Of a DNA stretch of 64,000 nt, positions 55,550-64,000 are shown one piece after another (positions within the stretch are counted from its first letter, which is position 1; every line of letters begins with the position of its first letter). Under the pieces are notes generated by a model. The model did no database searches. It had not been told where the DNA came from and worked only from the letters and a program-made list of their open reading frames with translations. A program made the translations under genes and the position numbers. This stretch comes from Clostridia bacterium (GTDB lineage Bacteria > Bacillota > Clostridia > Oscillospirales > Acutalibacteraceae), in the NCBI GenBank assembly GCA_017443805.1, contig JAFSXY010000120.1, forward strand, positions 600 through 64,599, written 5' to 3'.

Positions 55550-55765
55550 ATGAACGTCTGTAAAGTGACGGTCGCCTCCAACATGAGCGACGAAACGTAC
55601 CGGTATATCTGCGGGCAATTTGAAAAAAAGTTCGGTGAAACCGATTTTACAAAGCTGGTGGACGATTCCATCCTCGGCGGCTTTATCCTGCGCTTCGGCG
55701 CGGGCGTGTACGATCTGAGCCTTGCCGCGCAGCTGAAGGTCATGGAAAAAGAGCTGAAAACATGA
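55550..55765 (+). CDS. atpH: F-type ATP synthase subunit delta, C-terminal domain only (71 aa)
   Basis: GGAGG lies 8 nt upstream. VTVASNMSDETYRYICGQFEKKFG...VDDSILGGFILRFGAGVYDLSLAAQLKVMEKEL aligns with the last ~70 residues of canonical ~180-aa delta/OSCP. No N-terminal helical bundle is encoded. Confidence 0.75.
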   Translation: MNVCKVTVASNMSDETYRYICGQFEKKFGETDFTKLVDDSILGGFILRFGAGVYDLSLAAQLKVMEKELKT

Positions 55766-57249
55766 GCGGGATCAGTGAATTTCTGAAAAACAGAATAGAG
55801 CGGTACCGTTTTGCGCCGATCAGCTATTACAGCGGCACGGTCAGCCGTGTCGGAGACGGTGTAGTGCGCGTTGCGAGCCTGCCTGAACGCCGTTACGGAG
55901 AGCTTTTGGAGTTTGAAAACGGCGTTTTCGGTATGGCGCTGGAATTGACGGAGGACGGCGTCGGCGCCGTGCTGTTTGACGCGGACGAAACGGTTTCGGT
56001 CGGCAGCGCCGTGCGCGGGACGGGAACCGTGGCGCAGATGCCGGTCGGGGACCTTTTGCTTGGCCGCGTGGTCGATCCCATCGGCAGACCGTTGGACGGG
56101 AGGCCTTTGGAGGCGAACACGTTCTGGCCGGCAGAGCGCAGTGCGCCGGCCATCATTGACCGGCGGCCCGTCGATACGCCGCTGCAAACGGGGATCCTGG
56201 CGATCGACAGCATGATCCCCATCGGCCGCGGACAGCGTGAGCTGATTATCGGCGACCGGCAGACCGGCAAAACAACCATCGCAGTGGACGCCATCATGAA
56301 CCAAAAAAACACCGGCGTACTCTGCGTTTACTGCTCGATCGGCCAAAAGGCGTCTACGGTCGCCGGCGTGATCGAAACGCTTTCGGCTGCGGATGCGATG
56401 GCGCACACCGTCGTCGTCAGCGCCACCGCCGCCGCGTCTCCCGCCATGCAGTATCTGGCGCCGTATTGCGCCTGCACCATCGCCGAGTTTTTTGCCGCGC
56501 AGGGAAAAGACGTGCTTGTGGTTTACGACGATCTTTCCAAGCATGCGGTCGCCTACCGTACGATGTCGCTGCTTTTACTGCGTCCGCCGGGAAGGGAGGC
56601 CTATCCCGGAGACGTGTTTTATCTGCATTCCCGGCTCTTGGAGCGCAGCGCCTGTCTGTCTCTTGAAAAGGGCGGCGGCAGCATTACGGCGCTGCCTATT
56701 GTGGAGACCATGGCAGGCAACATCTCCGCCTATATCCCCACTAACATCATTTCGATCACAGACGGACAGATCTATCTGGAAAGCGAGCTGTTCCACGCGG
56801 ACGTCCGGCCTGCCGTCAATACAGGGTTGTCTGTTTCCCGCGTGGGGCGTGCCGCGCAGTACCCGGCTATGCGCGCGGTCTCCGGCACGCTGCGGATCGA
56901 GTTGGCGCAGTACCGTGAAATGGCGGTCTTTGCCCGTTTCGGCAGCGAAGTGGACGCCGCAACGAAAACGCTTTTAACAAGAGGGGAAAATCTGATCAAT
57001 CTTCTGAAACAGAATAAAGCCTCTCCCTATTCGGTGTTTGACGAAGTGTTTTTGCTGCTTGCGTACGATCAGAACCTCTTCCGGACGACGCCGGTCCGGG
57101 CATTCTCCGACGAAATAAAACGACTGCTCGTTTTTGCGGATACGGCATGCCCGGCAGTCAAAGAGCGGATCAACGGGACGGGAACGATGACCGAAGAGGA
57201 TTGGTCTGTTTTAATCGACGTTTTGAAAAGGTTTGAAGCGTCGGCATAA
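55762..57249 (+). CDS. atpA: F-type ATP synthase subunit alpha
   Basis: 495-aa ORF with Walker A GDRQTGKT. ATGA overlap with atpH. Confidence 0.92.
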   Translation: MSGISEFLKNRIERYRFAPISYYSGTVSRVGDGVVRVASLPERRYGELLEFENGVFGMALELTEDGVGAVLFDADETVSVGSAVRGTGTVAQMPVGDLLLGRVVDPIGRPLDGRPLEANTFWPAERSAPAIIDRRPVDTPLQTGILAIDSMIPIGRGQRELIIGDRQTGKTTIAVDAIMNQKNTGVLCVYCSIGQKASTVAGVIETLSAADAMAHTVVVSATAAASPAMQYLAPYCACTIAEFFAAQGKDVLVVYDDLSKHAVAYRTMSLLLLRPPGREAYPGDVFYLHSRLLERSACLSLEKGGGSITALPIVETMAGNISAYIPTNIISITDGQIYLESELFHADVRPAVNTGLSVSRVGRAAQYPAMRAVSGTLRIELAQYREMAVFARFGSEVDAATKTLLTRGENLINLLKQNKASPYSVFDEVFLLLAYDQNLFRTTPVRAFSDEIKRLLVFADTACPAVKERINGTGTMTEEDWSVLIDVLKRFEASA

Positions 57250-57276
57250 AACCGGTGTGAAGGGGGGAAAACATAC

Positions 57277-59931
<2,655 letters not shown>

Positions 59932-59988
59932 GGCACGGTTTTTTCCTCCCTGCATATGCTGAGAATGAAGAAGCGGGAGGTGAAACGG

Positions 59989-60114
59989 ATGTGCTTCGGC
60001 AATAACAATTACTGGATCCTTTTTATTATTCTGATTTTGGTGCTGACCGATAACAACGGCTGCTGCAATCATCAGAACAACTGCTGCAATCATAACAACG
60101 ACTGCTGCGATTAA
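59989..60114 (+). CDS. Unannotated 41-aa micropeptide: one TM helix plus three Cys-Cys pairs (MCFGNNNYWILFIILILVLTDNNGCCNHQNNCCNHNNDCCD)
   Basis: It is below the ORF-track size cutoff. GGGAGG (59975-59980) lies 8 nt upstream of the ATG. In-frame alternative starts exist at 59965 and 59956. The strong terminator at 60161-60196 is the first one after atpC. The architecture recalls tiny-TM YjcZ-like sporulation peptides, but that resemblance comes from memory only. Confidence 0.5.
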   Translation: MCFGNNNYWILFIILILVLTDNNGCCNHQNNCCNHNNDCCD

Positions 60115-60160
60115 GTGCGGAACATAAGCAAGGGAAAAACGGACAATTGAATATCCTGTC

Positions 60161-60196
60161 AAAAAAAATCTGCTCAGAAAGCGAGCAGATTTTTTA
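60161..60196. terminator. Bidirectional intrinsic terminator (atp operon and GH36-like gene)
   Basis: 11-bp stem AAAATCTGCTC / GAGCAGATTTT, with an A-run upstream and a T-run downstream. Confidence 0.78.
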
Positions 60197-60227
60197 TATC
60201 CTCTTTTTTCGTTCTGAACCCGTCCGT

Positions 60228-62315
60228 TTAATCTGCAAGACTGTACAGTATGATACGGGCTTCCGGCGCTTGCGCGATATGAAGCGTGACCCCGTTTTCC
60301 ATCAGCTCGCGGCCGGAGGCCGTTTGGCTGAAAGCCGGATCGTCCGTATCCGTCAGTACGTAGGTCCCGTCCGGCGACAAACCGTTCAAACGCAGGGTAT
60401 ATGTATCCGCCGAAACCTTTTCGCGCTTGTAGATCAGCGCCGCGCCGGCGGCTTGGCTGCCGAACTGCATGGCAAGAAAACGCTTTGTGTCCGTGCCGCC
60501 GCAGGTCAGCGGGAAGTAGTTTTCCGTCATATACGATCTTACCGTATCGTAGGCGGCGTATTCGCCGGGATCAGGCTCATAGACGGACAGGTGAGTTAAG
60601 ATCGCGCTGCGAACGGCGTACTGCGAATGATAATACTGATTTGTGCCGCTGTACGGCAGCCAGCAGGAAAGACCGTAGGTCATGGATTGCGTCGCTTCCA
60701 GCACGTCCGGCTTTACGGTTCCGTCCGCATTGCCGCAGTTATAGTCGCTGCGCCACAGCGGCACGCTGCGCCGCGTCATTTCAAGGTCCAGCCGTTTGCC
60801 GCCGCTGGCACAGTTGTCGATCAGCAGGCCGTCTACACGTGCGCACAGCGTATCAAGATACCGGTAAAGATTTGTTACGTAATGGTTTTCGCATATGCCG
60901 GTCCTGCCGCCGTACAGCTCCTTGTCCGCTTTCTGCCAATACTTCAGCGGCGTAAAATTGAAATCCTGCCGGTAAAAGGACACGCCGTTTTCGATCAAGG
61001 AGTCGGCAATACAGTCCGAGAGATAATTGCATGCTTCGTCGTTTGCGAGGTTCCACAGCAGGTTGTCCCCCATGGGTACGATCCAGCCATCGTGACGCAT
61101 GCCCTCTTCATAAAGGAAGGTGCCTTCCCGTACGCGCTCCGGCTCATACCAGAGCAAAAACCGTTTGCCTTCGCCTGCCATGGCGTCCGAAAGCGGTTTG
61201 AGGGTTTCGGGAAAACGCGCGGCATCCGGAATCCAGTTCCCCACGCCGTCGTACCAGCCTTCGTTATATCGATACCAGCCGGCGTCCATCCAGAAATAAT
61301 CCGTTTCGTCCAGCACCGACGGTTCAACAGCCCGCACGCGGTCGATCAGCTGATCGCAGGTTAGGGTAGAAAACTCGTTTGCAATCACATAGCCCTTCAT
61401 GGGACGAACGGCGGCGGGGTAAACGCAGGCCTTCTCCATCTGCCGGAAGGTCTCAAAACCCTTCAGCGGATTATCGCCCTCGTAAAACGTCAGGGAAACA
61501 AGCGGCGAACGTACCGTCTCTCCCGCATCCAGACTCGCGTTGAAATACTCCTGTTTCGCCTGCAAACGTACGCCGTGCGAGGTCTGCTGCAGTGAGGTAT
61601 ACCACTGGCCCGTCCAGCCGACCGCAAGCACGGCGCCGCAGGAAGCGCCGCAGAGATTGAAATACGGCAGCCAGGATTCGCTGCGGCCGCCGTTGGCGTT
61701 AAAAACCATCGGCGTCGGGCTGACATAGGTCTTCATCAGTGTGAAATCATCGGCCGCGGGGGAAGAGCCCCGGCTCAGGTATAGTTCGGTCCTGCCGGTA
61801 TCCAGCACACAGTCGGCGCCGTAAAACCGTTTGATAACGGGGGATGCCGAAGCGCCTTCATTTTTAATATAGATTGTCCATTCACAGGCGGCAAAGGCTT
61901 CGTAAACAGTTGCCTCCACCTGTGCCGTAAGATCGCTCTTTTTGTGTTTCAGCGAAATGATCGTCGTTTTGCCGCCGCGGCGGACCGCTCCTTCGGCGCT
62001 TTCTTCACCGAGGGTGATCTGCCAGTCCTGCAGATGGCCGCGCAGGCTCTTCCCGCCGACGGTAAAATCATAGGCGGGCGTTTCGGTCGTGCGGATATTG
62101 GCGTCAAACCAGGCGCGGCAGCGCGCTTTTTCGGCCTCGCTCACCTCCAGCGCTTCGGCGGAGATCGGCGCGAAACCGAAATCATCCGTACCGGTCAGCT
62201 TCAAAGCGGCTCTGTCGGTACGTAACTTAAAATCGGAATCATAAACCGAGAAATGAGAGATCAGCATCAGCAGCGCCTGCAAAAGGAACAACATGGATTT
62301 CAGTCTCAAAAGCAT
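60228..62315 (-). CDS. Clan GH-D (GH36-like) alpha-galactosidase family glycoside hydrolase
   Basis: 695-aa ORF with motifs analogous to GH36: FWMDAGWY (compare DDGWF), FYRQDFN (compare KWDMN), NCASGGKRLD (compare CSGGGGRFD), WRSDY (compare WTSDN). Hydrophobic N-terminus. Confidence 0.72.
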   Translation of the reverse strand: MLLRLKSMLFLLQALLMLISHFSVYDSDFKLRTDRAALKLTGTDDFGFAPISAEALEVSEAEKARCRAWFDANIRTTETPAYDFTVGGKSLRGHLQDWQITLGEESAEGAVRRGGKTTIISLKHKKSDLTAQVEATVYEAFAACEWTIYIKNEGASASPVIKRFYGADCVLDTGRTELYLSRGSSPAADDFTLMKTYVSPTPMVFNANGGRSESWLPYFNLCGASCGAVLAVGWTGQWYTSLQQTSHGVRLQAKQEYFNASLDAGETVRSPLVSLTFYEGDNPLKGFETFRQMEKACVYPAAVRPMKGYVIANEFSTLTCDQLIDRVRAVEPSVLDETDYFWMDAGWYRYNEGWYDGVGNWIPDAARFPETLKPLSDAMAGEGKRFLLWYEPERVREGTFLYEEGMRHDGWIVPMGDNLLWNLANDEACNYLSDCIADSLIENGVSFYRQDFNFTPLKYWQKADKELYGGRTGICENHYVTNLYRYLDTLCARVDGLLIDNCASGGKRLDLEMTRRSVPLWRSDYNCGNADGTVKPDVLEATQSMTYGLSCWLPYSGTNQYYHSQYAVRSAILTHLSVYEPDPGEYAAYDTVRSYMTENYFPLTCGGTDTKRFLAMQFGSQAAGAALIYKREKVSADTYTLRLNGLSPDGTYVLTDTDDPAFSQTASGRELMENGVTLHIAQAPEARIILYSLAD

Positions 62316-62350
62316 CCGTTTTTTCCTCGTTTTTTATTCATCTTAAAAAA

Positions 62351-62380
62351 AATATAGCACATCGCCCGGTATTTTGTAAA
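62351..62380 (-). promoter_or_regulatory. Putative promoter of the GH36-like gene
   Basis: Minus strand reads TTTACA (62375-62380), an 18-nt spacer ending in TGC, then TATATT (62351-62356). Confidence 0.5.
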
Positions 62381-62398
62381 GAGAAGAACGGTTTTCGT

Positions 62399-63508
62399 TT
62401 ATCTTTGCGTCACCTCACAACGCTGATTGACAAAAAACTCCCGCAGCAGGCTGTTGTCCGTCGGCGACAGCTCCTGCACCGTCCACACGCCAGAGGCGAT
62501 ATCGTAAGAGCATTTTAAGCTGCCCGTGATCTGTGTAAAGTCCCGCACAAGGTCCTGCGCGTCCTTTTGCCGCAGGTCGCCTTCCGTAAAGCGGATCTGC
62601 CGTAGGATCTCCAGCGCGGTTTCATACTGCGCAGGCGCGGCAAGACCGAGAATATAAGCGTAATATACGCCCGGCGCGTTGTTATAGTAAACGGCGTAAG
62701 GGCGGTCCGGATCGTCGTGATAATAGACCGTCGCGGGGCCCCAGCCTCCGGGCAGCGTCATATAATCCTCGGTCGTCGACTGCCATTCCTCAAAATATCT
62801 GTCGCAGCAGACCCGGACTTCGCCTCCGCCCGGGGCGTGGAGGAGGATGCTGAAACCCGTGGAAAAGCTGTCCGGTTCATATGCGTTGACCGTATACGTC
62901 CAATCGTCCGGCATCGTCAGGCTGACGCCCGAAGCCCCATAGCTGTATTCCACGCTTTTCTCCCAGTCCGTCCGGGCGGCGCTGCTCAGCTCCGCGGGCA
63001 AAAAAACCGCTGTCCGCAGGATTTTAAGCGCCTGCTGCAGCTTATCGCCGGACAGGCCGTGGTTTACGGCGGAATACGCCTGCGGCGCGTCTTTGAACCA
63101 GACGTAATCCCAGTCGGTTTTTCCGTCGTAGTAACCGACGCTTGCATTGCTGCCGTCGTTCAGCGTCAGCTCTTCCGTGCGCAGTTCTGTGCCGCACACG
63201 CCGAAAAAGTCGGAATAAGCAAGCGAGACCGATGCCGTTTCATCGGCCGGACGGAAATCGATCCCAAAGCTTGCTTCCTCCGGGAAGCGGTTCCATTCTT
63301 CACAGACCCAGCCTTCGGGCAGAGTAAGGGAAAAGCCTGCGTCTTTGTACGTAACGGTTACGGACCTGCCGCCGGTTTCGCCCGCCGGGACGTTTATCTG
63401 CGTTTCAGACGGCAAAATGGCGTCTGTTTCCGGCGCGGCGGTATTTGCGCAGGCGGAGAGCACCAGCGACGCCGCAAGCAGCAGCGGCAGCAAAAATCTT
63501 TTTTTCAC
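62399..63508 (-). CDS. Hypothetical lipoprotein with an internal two-domain duplication
   Basis: GTG start (63506-63508) 7 nt after GGAGG. VKKRFLLPLLLAASLVLSAC contains a lipobox. Two ~150-aa halves share (V/Y)...GFSLTLPEGW / GVSLTMPDDW ... ALKILR / ALEILR. Confidence 0.75.
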   Translation of the reverse strand: MKKRFLLPLLLAASLVLSACANTAAPETDAILPSETQINVPAGETGGRSVTVTYKDAGFSLTLPEGWVCEEWNRFPEEASFGIDFRPADETASVSLAYSDFFGVCGTELRTEELTLNDGSNASVGYYDGKTDWDYVWFKDAPQAYSAVNHGLSGDKLQQALKILRTAVFLPAELSSAARTDWEKSVEYSYGASGVSLTMPDDWTYTVNAYEPDSFSTGFSILLHAPGGGEVRVCCDRYFEEWQSTTEDYMTLPGGWGPATVYYHDDPDRPYAVYYNNAPGVYYAYILGLAAPAQYETALEILRQIRFTEGDLRQKDAQDLVRDFTQITGSLKCSYDIASGVWTVQELSPTDNSLLREFFVNQRCEVTQR

Positions 63509-63524
63509 GGGAAGTCCTCCTTTA

Positions 63525-64000
63525 TCAGAATATCTCCGGCAGAAGGAAGGAGAGCGCCATGCCCGCCGCAAAGGACGCAAGGTTTGCCGCTGCGGCGTAC
63601 AGCACGCCGCGGCCGGCCTTTTTGTCCGAAAACGTCGGCAGCATCCGGAAGTAGACGCCCGCTTCGATCAAAAATACGACCAGCTCCATTGCTGCATACC
63701 AAAAAACAAAGCTTTTCGGCCCGTCATAAAATCGGATGACGTTCAAAGCGAGGTTCAGAGTGACCTGTGTGACCAGATTGATCACGAAGACTATGCCGAT
63801 CGCCTTTTTGTCTTTATACCCGAAAAGATAAGCGATCAGGATCTCCAGCAGAAGGGTTATGAGCAGACGGCAGAAAAACCCCAGCGTTTCTTTGCCGAAA
63901 TCGTAGCTTTTTGAACCGATCAGCTGCGCGTCCGGTTCCGTTTGTTCCCACGTTTCGCCGGAGGCCGGTTCGTTTGTCTGCAGCGTTTCTTCCGCGGAAG
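63525..64000 (-). CDS. Polytopic membrane protein, C-terminal part (gene continues past the right edge)
   Basis: The reading frame stays open from 64000 down to the stop at 63525; the track only shows it from an internal GTG. Hydrophobic segments include LGFFCRLLITLLLEILIAYLFG, AIGIVFVINLVTQVTLNL and VFWYAAMELVVFLIEAGVYF. Confidence 0.6.
   Translation of the reverse strand, partial: SAEETLQTNEPASGETWEQTEPDAQLIGSKSYDFGKETLGFFCRLLITLLLEILIAYLFGYKDKKAIGIVFVINLVTQVTLNLALNVIRFYDGPKSFVFWYAAMELVVFLIEAGVYFRMLPTFSDKKAGRGVLYAAAANLASFAAGMALSFLLPEIF

Noticed and set aside
54745-56544. 599-aa minus-strand ORF antisense to atpE, atpF, atpH and atpA
   Set aside because: Highly biased composition (Arg/Ala/Ser) and it crosses four sense genes with strong homology signatures.
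60055-60114. The 21-bp tandem repeat as a CRISPR or other non-coding repeat array
   Set aside because: There are only about 3 units with no spacers. The repeats are in frame within an RBS-preceded ORF and encode the CCNH peptide repeat.

Overview
GC-rich chromosomal window, most likely from an anaerobic Clostridia genome of the Oscillospiraceae/Ruminococcaceae type (inferred from dockerin modules, an Rnf complex and class B sortases). It is densely coding: about 57 protein genes and one tRNA-Gly(GCC). I found no rRNA, CRISPR array, transposase, integrase or prophage genes. Left to right: two paralogous secreted surface proteins; an ORF-free, strongly self-complementary ~400-nt element beside tRNA-Gly; hsp20 with a CIRCE-like operator; a co-directional cluster of a two-component system, a GH38 alpha-mannosidase, three Gfo/Idh/MocA oxidoreductases (one fused to a GNAT domain), two xylose-isomerase-like TIM-barrel proteins and a metallophosphoesterase; folD; a LIV-type ABC transporter operon; an orphan secreted protein; malQ; a dockerin-bearing secreted nuclease with a translationally coupled small protein; a CBS protein; uxaC; apbE, NusG-II and Gx-transporter genes followed by rnfCDGEAB; two class B sortase paralogues with hypothetical partners and a dockerin-lysozyme; folE; a zinc-ribbon protein plus a radical SAM/SPASM enzyme; nnr; ligA; an RluA-family synthase; radC; a GPH/MFS symporter; nadE; a LysR regulator; an F-type ATP synthase operon; a GH36-like hydrolase; a lipoprotein; and a partial membrane protein. 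The candidates I consider most worth follow-up are these. (1) The unclassified multi-helix RNA-like element at 3545-3939. (2) The atp operon oddities: a 71-aa delta subunit lacking the OSCP N-terminal domain, in frame with atpF, plus an unannotated 41-aa Cys-pair micropeptide after atpC. (3) The oxidoreductase/TIM-barrel/GH38 cluster, which could be a non-hydrolytic glycoside-cleavage pathway. (4) The dockerin-nuclease with a possible inhibitor. (5) The zinc-ribbon plus rSAM/SPASM pair. All functional calls come from reading motifs in the translations. No database search was run.
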